Shown here: piece by piece, positions 13,901 to 25,166 of the stretch
Layout: each line of letters opens with the position of its first letter
How positions within the stretch are numbered: position 1 is the stretch's first letter
DNA from: Amoebophrya sp. A120
Lineage: Eukaryota; Protista; Dinoflagellata
DNA: 64,000 nt
Assembly: GCA_905178155.1 (NCBI GenBank)
Contig: CAJINV010000002.1
Location: 9,187,412 to 9,251,411 of the forward strand
Direction: 5' to 3'
Program-made: the position numbers and the translations under genes
The notes under the pieces: model-generated
Told to the model about the DNA's origin: nothing
The model's input: only the letters and a program-made list of their open reading frames with translations
The model's database searches: none

Positions 13901-15934
13901 GCCCCGTTGAGTCACATTTGGGGAAGATGTTCGGTGGGCCATGTCGTGTTCCACGGCTTGGCCCACCTTCACGTCCGGGGCGTGGCTCTGTGGGGTTTGA
14001 GAGCTTGGCTCGCGCGGCTTGCTACTTGTAGCTCGCTGTGCCGGCCGGGTTCTCTTCTTGCTCGCCAGTGTGACCGTCGCAGGGCGTCCCGCGACGAGGA
14101 CTGCAGCGCGCGTCAGCACTGCCTTCGATTATCATCGTTTCCGCGCGCTTTCGCTCGTTGGGTGAATTGCGCCAGGAATGTGAATTTATATAAGCAGCCA
14201 ATTGATTCTCTCTGCCGCACCACCACAGGCCGAGAACCGTCGCAAGCAGGTGGAAAAGATGTACCTGGAGGGCTGTGAAATGCGGGAGGAAGCGAAGCAG
14301 GTCCACGGGAAGATCGTGCAGGACCGCGCCCTCCGCGACGGCGAAATTGGCCGACTGAAGGCCCTGCAGCAAATGATAGAGCGGCAACGCTTGGAGCTGG
14401 TGCAGGACGCCAGTGTGCGCGTCGCCGGCGGCAATCCGTCCTCGCTGCAACCCGGGGGCGGCGGCGGGGGTGGTCACGGTCACGCACCCAGCCGGCTGAT
14501 GATGTCCCAACATCAGCAGATGACGCCGGGGCTCGTCATGCAGCAGCACCAGATGCCGTTCCATTCCACCGCGGGGTCGCTTTCTGGGGGAGGAGTCAAC
14601 GGTTTGGCCAACGACCTGCTGTCCAGTCCGCAGCTGCACTTCGGTCCGTTTCCCACCGCAGGGACCTCCTCCAATGGGGGAGGAGGTGGCTCTTCCTCTA
14701 GCACCCACGGGAGAACGATGAATCAGGTCGTCCCGCCGATCAAGAGCGCGCTGCCAAACAGCTCTTCGCAGAAGGAAACGCTGCAGCTCGTTTCCGGCAT
14801 CCACCCGCCATCTTCCGGCCGCAGCCCCGCGGGAAGCTCGGTGCTGGGTGCGCAGAAGCACTTGATCAGTATCGCGGAAAACGAGCTGAACAATGTTGAT
14901 CATGGGGGTGAACAAGTATCAAGTGCAAAAATGTCTGGGTCTGGAAGAATGCAAGCTTGTCATGCTTGTCGCACATGACTCTTGAATTTGTCATGCACAT
15001 TACCCAAGAGCCCCATTTTTCTGTCATGCAGAAACGCAGTTTGTCATCATGCAGAATAGGCAACACCTAGAAGCTCCGAAACTTGTCATGCTGAGCCAGC
15101 ACTTCTGGCCTCCTCATGATACGCCACCCAGCATCACAAGTTTCCAGACCCAGACACTCTTGCGTTTGATAACAAGGAGTAGATCACGACTTCGCGGAAG
15201 GAGCAGAACCACGCATCGACTCGATGCTTGGCAGTTACAAAAGCACGACCGGAGCTGCAGTAGTTGGTGCGCCGCCCATGATGGCCAGCAACGATGTTGA
15301 GGGCGGCCTCAACAACAACCAGACAATTTCTCCTGAAGATGTAGAAATGCAGATGCCTTTACTCGCAAGTACTAACGCCGGCGCGACCGCGGGAGTTCCG
15401 CTTACTGGCTCGTACCAATTCACGAAATACCACAACGCTGCGACCGCGGTCTCTTCCTCTTCATCTGCGGCCGATACGCTGTACACGAACGCGCTCGGGG
15501 CGTACGACAGGACGACGCTGCAGCAGCAGTTGCAGAAATGGACGTCCACTTCCGATGACGTGCGCGCGCAGATGAAACAGGCGAGCAAGCACATCCTTGG
15601 CGTCAGCGCGAATGGCGGGATTCTGACCGATCAACAAAGTGCTTTGGAGCAGGACCGGAACAACCTCAGTCGTTCAATCGTGCTCGAAACCAGCAGACTT
15701 GGGGTCGTGGGGAACAAAACGCCGATAAGAACGGGGAGTAAAAATGAGATCGGAGCATCAATCGAAAACAATAACAAATCCTTCATTTCGCTGGACAACG
15801 AGGATGCGGATGTCGAGCGGGGTCGTGCGTTGTTGAATTCCGTCGGCGGTGGGGGTCGAAATGCGAACGACCAAAGTTGGAACTCGTTGCACGACGGAAG
15901 CATGGCAAACTACGCGAATACCGGGACGGTATGA
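7913..15934 (+). CDS. FBF1: Fas-binding factor 1-like (centriole distal appendage/transition fibre) coiled-coil protein, 7 exons
   Basis: Phase-consistent exons 7913-8057, 8213-8727, 8876-10686, 10850-11203, 11369-11804, 14229-14916, 15177-15934 (five GT-AG introns plus one TIR introner). The N-terminal IDDILGDILEDD motif and the coiled coil ECERLKRQF...HQRQVQIIRESTEKEIETIRNSASSGVQINSLLERV...LREQGLDNREKMIRATEKQLQEQSKEVETQRKKMTDLINRMEAELAQQ resemble the FBF1 C-terminal domain as recalled. Confidence 0.7.
11805..14228 (+). other. Unusually long (2424 nt) GT-AG intron with GC-rich interior, probable mobile-element-derived insertion
   Basis: Donor AAG|GTAGTT at 11805 and acceptor CCACAG|GCC at 14228 join ELAEK to AENRRKQ in phase 0. 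The interior (about 11960-14180) is GC-rich, unlike the AT-rich 100-260 nt introns typical here. No recognisable protein domain. Confidence 0.7.
14917..15171. mobile_element. TIR introner, family A (divergent copy), 255 bp, TSD ACAAG
   Basis: Left end TATCAAGTGCAAAAATGTCTGGGTCTGGAA, right end TTCCAGACCCAGACACTCTTGCGTTTGATA. ACAAG at 14912-14916 and 15172-15176. Removing 260 nt gives E-Q-G-V-D-H, in frame with ORF 15224..15934. Confidence 0.92.
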
Positions 15935-16920
15935 CGAAGGATTCAAAAGAACTGAAGGCGCGCTTCTCGCGTCCTGTTTGGACGAAGGAGACGATCTTTC
16001 ACCTGTTTGATGAGCTATGAGAAGTGAAGAATGAAACTGACGAGGTGCGAGCGCAATATTGTTCTTGAAGTTCTTGATGGTTCAAGTCAACCCGTTTTTT
16101 GGATCTTGACGTGATAGAAACTGTGCCGAGCTATTTGCGAGCTTTTTTTACCGAAGAGTTGAACTGAAAACAGAGCAACCTGTTAGATGGCCGAGGATTT
16201 TATTGAATAAGTTACAGTATGTGTTATCACTATCAGTAGTGCACTCAAAACAAACAGAAGAGCACAAGAAGGATTCTGAAATTACTTTCTCTGAGCTCGC
16301 AAAGTTCAATAGACAGAAATCGTACCTGCTCCTTAAAGACGAAAATCGCACTCCTCCGCATCTTCTCCTCTGAGCAGGATGATCGAGAACAATAGCCTGA
16401 GGCAATGGGATGTGGAGTATCTGCCTCATCTGTCATACTGTTCAGAATATAGACGGTTCCACTTCTTAAAAATACCGTTACCATAAGGCCGCTGCCTGGT
16501 ATTGCATTGTATGAATAAGCAGGATAGACTGCAATTTTTACAATAGTATGCTGCACCCTTTGCCAAAGGCGCACAATAAATCGATCTTTGATTTCGTCGG
16601 CTTTTGGCGTTCAACGATTTGACATCCCTGAAGATCTCCCTTGAGTTTCTTGGTTCAGGAATTTCGCTTCAGTCTGTTCCAGCACTCGCTGTGAAATAAG
16701 TAATTGCAATAAACATTTTGTCAGCGACACGAAAAACATACTTATTTTTAGAAATGGAAACCACAACTACATAATGTTGGCATCTCGTGGCTCTGCTCCG
16801 CGGCTTAGCTATTGGATAATATGCGTTCGATCGATGATATTCGGGCGTTGTTGATACCTCAGTCTTTTCTTCAGCCAATTTCTTGATCGTAGTACTTAAT
16901 AAATACGGGGAAGGAAAAAT

Positions 16921-19903
16921 ATGGCAGAAACAACCGCAGCAAATGACCCGGAGGTAAGTATTTCTGCTGAACGTTTTTCTTTTCTTTTTTGAAATGCAGT
17001 GGCCCAGAAGTTAGGTGGACTAGGACGAGTATCATATGTTTGAAAGCACGTTTTGTTTGTCCTTTTGGAGGACATGACCCTCTATATCAGGTAGCGCAAA
17101 CCGCACCGCCGGAACAAAAGCAAAAAGAGGAGGAAAAAGAACGCGACAGTTCCGCTGCTGAGGATTTTTGTGGCGATACGAAAGGCAAAGATACCGACGA
17201 AAATCTAGATGCTGAGGCAGCAGCCAAGGACCAGGAGGTCGACAGTAGCAAAGTTGATATGGCTGCTGACAAGCTTGATGATGACAAATTGCATGTGGCA
17301 TGCGAGCGCGAGGAGCTGAGCGCAAACAAGAACCACGGTGGATCTACCAAGATGGAAGTCGATGGCAATCACGGTGCACCACGGCCTTCCTCCTCTGAGG
17401 ACGAAGTTGCTAAGGCTCTGTCGAAGGATAGCGAGGAAAAGAAGAAAATGTTGAGTGAAAAAGAAGATCTCGCCTCTGGCGAATGTGTCGATAAAAAAGA
17501 CGAGGCCAAAAAGGACGACGAGGATGATGTAGTTGAGAAGAAGAACGATAGTACTCGAGCAGCGCGCAGCGGCTCTATGTCAGCGAAAGAAGGCCGCGAC
17601 GCAGAAAAACCGAAAAAAGAAAACGGTGAAAATGATGTCAGTAAGACGCCCGTCGCGACGGATCGCGACCACTTTCACGACCAGCTAGATTTTGGGGAGG
17701 AGCACCAAAATTCTAATAACATTGTCAAGGAACAGAGCGACGACGAGCACGCTTTACTCTCAGATTTTGGAGGCGAAGGAAGCGACAAAAATGATGGCGG
17801 CGAGAAGAAGACCCGACGCCGCAACTCCGACCCGGAAGCGGAGGCTCGGATGCGGCAAACCAGCCGCAACAACAGTTTGCGGAACAGTGGGGATTTGGAC
17901 GATATTCTGACCGACAGGAAGGACAAGTCTTCGATCTTGGTGAAGCAGGAGCGACCGAAGCAAGAGGTGCAACGCCGGGATCGCCGCCTGTTCGGCGCGT
18001 TACGGAGTCATCTGGTCAGTGCGAAAAACGCGCAGGAGCTGAACCCGCAGGCGCTGGAAAAAACCCGGGAAAACGAGAAGAGAATCAATGAAAGGTATGG
18101 GGTACTACGATCCATTAGCAAGCTAGGCAATTGTGGTCTAATATGTTGTCTTGCCGATTTCCTTTTTTGAATTTGCGGGTTAAGCTTTCATGATCTATTC
18201 CTTCGACTATAATACATAGCATTGCATTGAGAACAAAATTGAATAAGGTCGTGTATGTCTGTCAATGTCTTTTTGAAATGAACCTAACTACCCTTCTTCT
18301 ATCCCAGGATCACTCGCATGAAGCAGGAGGAGGAAGAGGCCCGGGAGAAGCTGCGCCAGAAGCAGATTGAGGAGCGGAAGAAGGTGCGGCGCAAGCAGCG
18401 GCAGGAGCGCAAGATGCAGGACGTGGTGGATCTGAAGGAGCGGCTGGAAACGCACTACAGCCACATGCGGAATTTCTTGCGAACCACCACCGACGGTGGC
18501 CCGGTGGTGTTTTACCTTCCGAAAAAACACAACGCGGTCACGGAAAAACTGCTCAAGGAGTCTCGAACCGCGATGGATAGCAAGATCGCGACCTTTTCCG
18601 ACATTGTCACCGACGCAAAAAAGTACGACATTTCCGACGCGGACAACTTATCCGACTCCTTTGAACCAGAAGATGCGCTGTACAGCGAGGAGGACAGGTT
18701 CGGCAAGGAAAGAACCAAAATGAGGCTGCAAAGCAAAGACCAGGAGGTAGTGCTGTTCTCTTACTGTTGGATAAGTACCCTACAAACATGTTGTGCCCGT
18801 GTGTACTTTGTTGAAATTGATGGTGAAATGAAGAGCTGCGATGAGCCGGTCATCTGATGAACGCGAGCACAAGTTATACCTGATGGAAAATGTAAGGATG
18901 GAGCGTCTGTCGTATCTCTTTCTGTTGCAGCTCCGGAGATCTTCTAAACTGCCAAAAATGTTGCAAAAAACACAAACAGCTTGCCCTCCTTGGCCCGGAA
19001 CTGCGGGGCCTCGGGCGAGGCGGGGCGAACAACAATAAGGACCTCCGGGACCCGGCACGGCGAAACCAAATACTACCGGAAAAGGGCGACACCCGAGCGA
19101 ATTTCCGTTCGGGCAACGTGGTATTGCGGCAAAAGCGACGACTCTCCAGCGACAAAAGCGACGGCGGGGCGGCGGCCAAGCGGCCGGTGCTGACGCGAAA
19201 CAACGGCACGAAGGGCCCTCCGGGGAAGGGGGCAGGAAAAAGGGGCCGGCGTTCGGTGACCCCGAGACGCGGCCGGTCTCGGTCCCTCCGCGGGAAGCGG
19301 AGAGGACGGTCCTTCAGCGGAAGCAAGCGGCGGCGGTCATTCAGCCCGAGAAAAAGGTCCCTCACGCCCCGGAGAAAACGGTCTCTCACCCCCAGAAGAA
19401 AACGGTCTTTCACCCCCCGAAGGAAGCGCTCCCTCACTCCCAGAAGGAACCGGTCGCGGTCCGTCACCCCGCGACGGGGCCGTTCGCGCTCAGGATCGAA
19501 TTTCCGCAAAAAGCAGCGGTCTCCGTCTCGGTCGAGGTCCTTTTCCCGATCGAGATCCCGCTCGCGGTCGCGGTCCCGTGGCGGAAGGCGGTCCTTCTCG
19601 CGCCGCCGATCGTTCTCGCGTCGCATATGGCATTCTCAAACGTTACATTCTTAACTGTTACAGGAATTTGTCATGCAAGAACGGCGAAAGTGAAAGGGGG
19701 AAGATTGCGCCTTGTACATTACAGATTTGGCACAGATTTAGAGTCTTTTTAGCCCTTCGTAGATTTGTCATGCGCAGCAGCTTAATCGTGGCGATCTTGT
19801 TGGTGAATTTGCATGGCAAATCATGTAACAGTTGAGAATGTAACGTTTGAGAGTCCCATATCGCAGGTCGCGCTCGAACAGCAGGCGCGGAGGTAGAAGG
19901 TGA
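16921..19903 (+). CDS. PNN: Pinin (Pinin/SDK/memA domain) with C-terminal RS domain
   Basis: Exons 16921-16953, 17091-18094, 18308-18746, 18980-19625, 19866-19903. Motifs RRDRRLFGALRSHL and NFLRTTTDGGPVVFYLPKKHNAVTEKLLKES match the pinin domain including the RSB-type motif. Acidic N-terminus and Arg/Ser-rich tail. Confidence 0.85.
19330..19480 (+). repeat. Degenerate 24-bp coding tandem repeat (KRS[L/F]TPRR) in the pinin RS domain
   Basis: Translation RRSFSPR KRSLTPRR KRSLTPRR KRSFTPRR KRSLTPRR NRSRSVTPRR. Confidence 0.8.
19626..19860. mobile_element. TIR introner, family B, 235 bp, TSD TCGCA
   Basis: Left TATGGCATTCTCAAACGTTACATTCTTAACTGTTACA, right TGTAACAGTTGAGAATGTAACGTTTGAGAGTCCCATA (about 50 bp imperfect TIR). 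TCGCA at 19621-19625 and 19861-19865. Removal extends the RS tail to RRRSRSNSRRGGRR-stop. Confidence 0.92.
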
Positions 19904-20782
19904 GAAAATGGAGTCACTCGACGGACTTGGTTTTGACTTCTGAAAGATGATGAAAAAGCATGCTGTTCTTGCTCGTCAGTACCGACACCGTAGTGCAACT
20001 TTCCAAGCGGAATGATTGTTGTTTCACAGCTCAAGCGATTGTACGGACGGTGTCGAGGAGTCAAAAATCTCAAACAGATGAACCAAGATAGAAGTTTGTT
20101 GTAAGTTCTCCGCTCTACTTAATGTATTACACATGATCACTGCTAACGTGTAAAAATTTCTACAATCGAGGCACTGGCCCGAGCGCCATTGATTGCTTAC
20201 AATTCCAAACAAGCATGAACTTCTCAGAAAAGTTGCTTCATGGTATTGTCGTAAAGTGTTCATCTTCACTTCAACATCATTATCATGATCACATCATCAC
20301 ACGAAGTGTGTGGTACTTACCGAATCAATACTTTGAGCGCAAAGGGAAAGCAAAAAAGACGCGAAAGAGCAAAATCGAAACGCTGAAGTGAAAAGCAAAG
20401 CCGCTGAGTCTAGGCACAAATTTCGGAGAGAAGCGCGACATGAGAGTGAGAGAATTGGTCGAGTTTTTTTCTGGTTTTTTGGAAAAAACAAAGTTAACTT
20501 TAATTCACGTCCGCAGTTTTTGGACACCATTGTGCAATTTTCAAGCCTACCCGCTCTGTTACTATTAGCCTACTTACCCTGTGAACTCCTCTAGCCTGCC
20601 CAAGTGTATGATAGAACCTCCACTAGCAGGACACAAAAGAACACGCTCGTTTTGATACTGTATCCAGCCTACCCTGAAATCCACAATTAAACTCCAATTT
20701 TCATCACCACAAGAAATATCCATGCGTCAGTTGTTTGCACGAGTATCTACTTACTTCTGAAAAAGAATCGAAAAGGAAAAAG

Positions 20783-22943
20783 ATGTTTGCTCCTCGTCTT
20801 GTGCTCCGAAAAGCCCGGCCGTATGCAACTAGTGCCGGCGCTGGTGCGTTGGTTTTTTATGCCTCTCAGCAGGACGAAACCCCGGGCCAGTTGGCGCCCA
20901 TCTTGGTTGCGGATGCGATTGCTTTTCTTGGAAAGGAGCTGTTCGGTGGAAGCAGCAGCAGCACAGCACAGAGGCTCGGCTTTGTCGGACGGGTTGCGGA
21001 CTTCTGGGGGGTATATAGAACAAGATAAATAATATATAAGGGGTTGTTCTTTTTTATTTTTTTTGCGTATGTACACCTGTGGTGGCTTTACCTCTATGCA
21101 GACCCAGACGGTCGCATGGCATTTTTTCATGCTCGTAGCCAAGACTTGTTGAATGGATCCACCAGATTCGAGAATACTTAGCAATACAAACACGCTTAGA
21201 CGCACTCTGGCCGGCTGGCGCGTAAGCAGCTCGAGCAAGAGGTCAAGACCTTGAAGGAGGAAGCCGAGGATTACGTAGCCGATAGCAAAACCGTGCAACG
21301 GCTCGTGACGATCGCGAATTCGTTGGACACGCGCGATCATTCGAACGTGGAGCCTTATTGCGACATTCTCGCAAACGTGGACGAAAGAAATGACGACCAC
21401 CTCCGCATTATTACAATGAAAAATGCCCCCTCCCCATATCAAAACGGAAATCTGTGATGCAGATTTGTGGTCACAAATCAGCTTTGTGATGCTAGAAGGC
21501 AAAAGATCCGGACTGTAGTGCTGTCTAGCGTGGGAAAGCCTTGCAGCTCCAGGATGACAGGAGGCAACTGGAAGTGGGAAACAGCATGACAGATTACCTG
21601 CAATCTAGGCCGCAGCTTCGTCTCTTGGCCTTCTAGCAATACAAGTCGACTTGTGTACTCAAGTACAGCATCACAACTTCGCACATCGTCCGTTTCCGAT
21701 ACGGGGGGGGGCTTTTTTGACTTTGATACGCATGCTTGTGGACGCCACGAATCGCTACAAGGAAGCTCTCAAGGCGGTATTCTTGCAGATTGAGATTCAC
21801 TTTTGCTACGCATGAAACCGTTCTTGTTATCTAATATCATGCAGCACAATCTTTTTCTCACGGTCACAGTGAAGTAGTTTCGATAGGGTTAGGCTTGTTG
21901 TCCTTTGTTTCAGAATCCGGTTCGCTAGGACGGACAAGGAGCGACAGAACATTTTTTTTCCCCAAATACAGCGCCGGGACGCGCGGTCTATATCTGCATA
22001 CGAGCACGCGCGAACGGAGGATGCTGCAGATTATCCGACAAAAATCGCCGTAATTGACTGCAAGAAGATCGAAAAAGCCCTTGCAAAAGCATGGAACCTC
22101 TACGCGTACGCAGAATGCAAGGCGGTGCCAGAGGGACATGCATCGGGACTCAGTAATTCTCTGCAGACCAGGATTGCGAGAGCGCAATTGTATAAAGCTT
22201 TTCCCTACTGCTCAGGCGACTCCTGTTGACCCATCTTGATTCCGCTTTCGTTTTTGGTACATTGACTTCGCTGTTTTTCTTCGTGTCGATCTCTGTTTCA
22301 GCCGCCCACACAGAAAAATTGTCACTTGTGAAAAAATTCCCACAGGACCGCGTCCCCGGCCGCCCTTGCGGCGTGCAAGGACCAATCCTGGCTCTTGACG
22401 AAGCGGCTGACCTCCGGGTTTGCATCGCTTTATGACGAGGTTGCGCCCTACGTTAAGCCAATGGTGATCGCCACCGTGACGACCGCGACGACGATCGCAG
22501 TCCTGACCATCCCGGTCGACTCGCACAACAACACCATTGGAATGATCATCGCGGAGAAAGTGCCGGAATGGACGTCCCTGCCACTAAACTCCATTTCCCT
22601 GTCCAGCTTTTCCCCGCGACAGGTGCTGTCAAGGGTGAGAGAGATTCCGCCGCAGATTGAAACCTTCTTTCGTGACCGGAGTGGGAATCTATACCATGTG
22701 ATTTCGACGCCAACCTGGGAGGAGGCGAAAGCCAACATGAATCGGCAACAGGAATACATGAAGGACTTCGTGAATCGAAATTGCTCGATGGACAACGTCA
22801 AGAACGGCACGAAAAACGTGGTCGGCGGGCTCATTAAGCGGGTACGCAGCGAGAACGGTTGGACGTTTCTGCGACCCAGCGGCTCAGAAAAGTCCATGGC
22901 TGGCAGCGACGAGGGTTTGAGCCCACCGGAAATCAATGTGTAA
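20783..22943 (+). CDS. Hypothetical multi-exon protein, possibly mitochondrial membrane-associated
   Basis: N-terminus MFAPRLVLRKARPYATSAGAGALVFYA (basic presequence-like plus hydrophobic stretch). Coding segments at about 21199-21408, 21734-21776, 21890-22215 and 22346-22943, the last with a hydrophobic segment MVIATVTTATTIAVLTI. Some junctions are unresolved. Confidence 0.5.
21409..21728. mobile_element. TIR introner, family D (divergent copy), 320 bp, TSD CGCAT
   Basis: Left TATTACAATGAAAAATGCCCCCTCCCCATATC, right GATACGGGGGGGGGCTTTTTTGACTTTGATA. CGCAT at 21404-21408 and 21729-21733. Removal gives DHLRMLVDATNRYKEALKA. Confidence 0.85.
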
Positions 22944-25166
22944 AAACAAGAAATACGTGTTGTTTTTTTGCGGTCGCGAACGGGCAAATTTATTTGAATT
23001 GATGGACGGTGCTGGTATCTACCACTCAAGATGCGGTATGCGCATTTTGAATTTGGCCCACGACATTAGGTACACTAGAATATAGCTAGTATGGGAGTTG
23101 AGGATCTGTGTTTCGTGTTGCAAAGATGTTTCGATACGATTTTTTTACAGAGTAAACAACATTGTAGAAAATAATGTGATGCTAGTATGATTGAAATATC
23201 TTCCCGTTTTTGCATGCCCACAATATCTAAAGAGAAATCGCGACTCATCGAGTTGTGTCAGCGTGTAAGATTTTCCGGTTTGATAACCGCGTTTTCGAAC
23301 ACAACTCTGGCCTGAGGGAAGGCGGCCGCATGCGCTTTCCGAAACCAGAGCAAATACGTGTCGTATTTATTTTCAAACCTAATGACTGACGCTCATGGAA
23401 TTTGAAGCTCTATAATGGTTGTGCAACTATTTAACAGCCATTCTTTCTCGTGAGTATCCGCAGATCCCCTTCCTCGAGAACTCACTTGAAAAAAAGATGA
23501 AAATCGAGCTCCGTCGGTTTTTTGTATTGATTTTCTGAAGTTTTGACTTTTGGAAAAAATAAAAATCTAGTGATGGTTTCTATTGGTTTCGTTCAGTAGT
23601 TTTTCAAGAACAGGACCTAGCCGGAGACTACTTCAGCTTGTCCAAATATCAGCCTCCGGTATTTTTTTGCCGTCGTCTTTCCTACTGAGTTTTGGTTGTC
23701 CACTTGAAGAAGTAGTAGAGCTAGCTGCTGCAGTACATCTGCGATCTGTGCTCCTCGCTAGAAAAATAAAAGAGCTGACTTGTCACCTCTGAGTGTATGA
23801 AAAGTGGCCACGCGTTGGTTGAAGCGGAGCTCCTGAGAGTGTGAAAGCAAGTACACTGCCGGACACTTGAACCGTCAACGCGGAAAAAAGAAACCACGTG
23901 CTGAATTTGACTACTAAACGAGCTGGTGAGCTAAGAAAAAACTCGGAAAAGACGATACGAAAATAAAAACGTAAGCGACCGTTCCCCGGATCTGGATGAA
24001 GCAAGTGGGACTGTTTTTCAAGGTTAAGTCGTGTTCATTGTGCCTGCGGCCAACCTTGACCAGAAAAAACTTAGATATGGGCGGAATTGGCGTAAAAAAT
24101 AAAAGTCGACCTCCTCGGCGACTTTGTTCTGCAGCGATAACTTTTTACATGTTTTTGCTCTTATACGAATTACTTTGCTCGAAAGTGCAAACAATTCTTT
24201 CACTACTCTTCGCATGTCCTCCTGTTTTTTTGTACCTGATGCCTACCTAGAGGTACTGGTAGAGAAATTTGAATTTCGTAGAGAAACACGACCAGGCCGA
24301 GGTAGTTACAAAACAGTTGCCGTTTGTTGATATAGAAGGATGTAGATTTTGAAGATTACTAGATTTCAGTAGTTCGTTGTGAAAAGAATGACGCATTGCC
24401 CAAAAGCTACAAAAACGCTTAAGATAGTACTTGCTTACTTATCTGTGATAGTGATACGAAATAAAAAAATCATGGCAAAGGCAAAGCTCTTTTTGAGCAG
24501 TAGAATCAAGTACTAATCAACGATTGATCACCACTACCGAAGAAACCACTCGTAGCGGCCAACCAAGTCGAGTACGTGGAGGCCAACGGTGTTTGTTTAT
24601 TTGTTGGGACGGAAGCCTGTTTTATTGATTTTCGCAAGTAGGCATACTACTACATCGCGGATCTACTCACATGAAGTGCGAAAGCATCCTATGGGGTAAG
24701 TAGTAAAAGAAAAGCCACCTCATAATGCAGCACTACAGAAACAGGTACATCACTCCAATTGGCTGTGTCGCTGCTCGCATTTTTCTTCAGCAACTTTAAA
24801 TAGCCCAGACTAAAAATTTTCCTTGCGTATAAGATCATGGTATCAGCATTTAATTTTCAATTTCTTTTTCTGTCGCTTTTCGTTCCTTCTCTGGACAAAT
24901 AAAGCAAAGACAAAAACAAAGCAATACACTTTTACTTCTTTTCTAAAAAATAAAGAGACCGTATCAAAGACTTCTGGTAACGAATTGAGACTTTTCTTCT
25001 TTTGTTGGAACCAAACGATGACAGCAGCAGGGTTCTAGAATCTTTGTTTCTGTTGTGAAAGTTCAGACGATCTTCGATTTCGCAAATCAGCCGCCTACAA
25101 TTATCTGTCTCCGTGCAGCACTTTCAACTTCTGCGCCGTCGGAAAAACTACAACGAACGAATAAGT

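Noticed and set aside
18874-19626. 250-aa minus-strand RD/RE-rich ORF and other long antisense ORFs
   Set aside because: Antisense shadows of low-complexity + strand coding sequence (the pinin RS domain and coiled coils).
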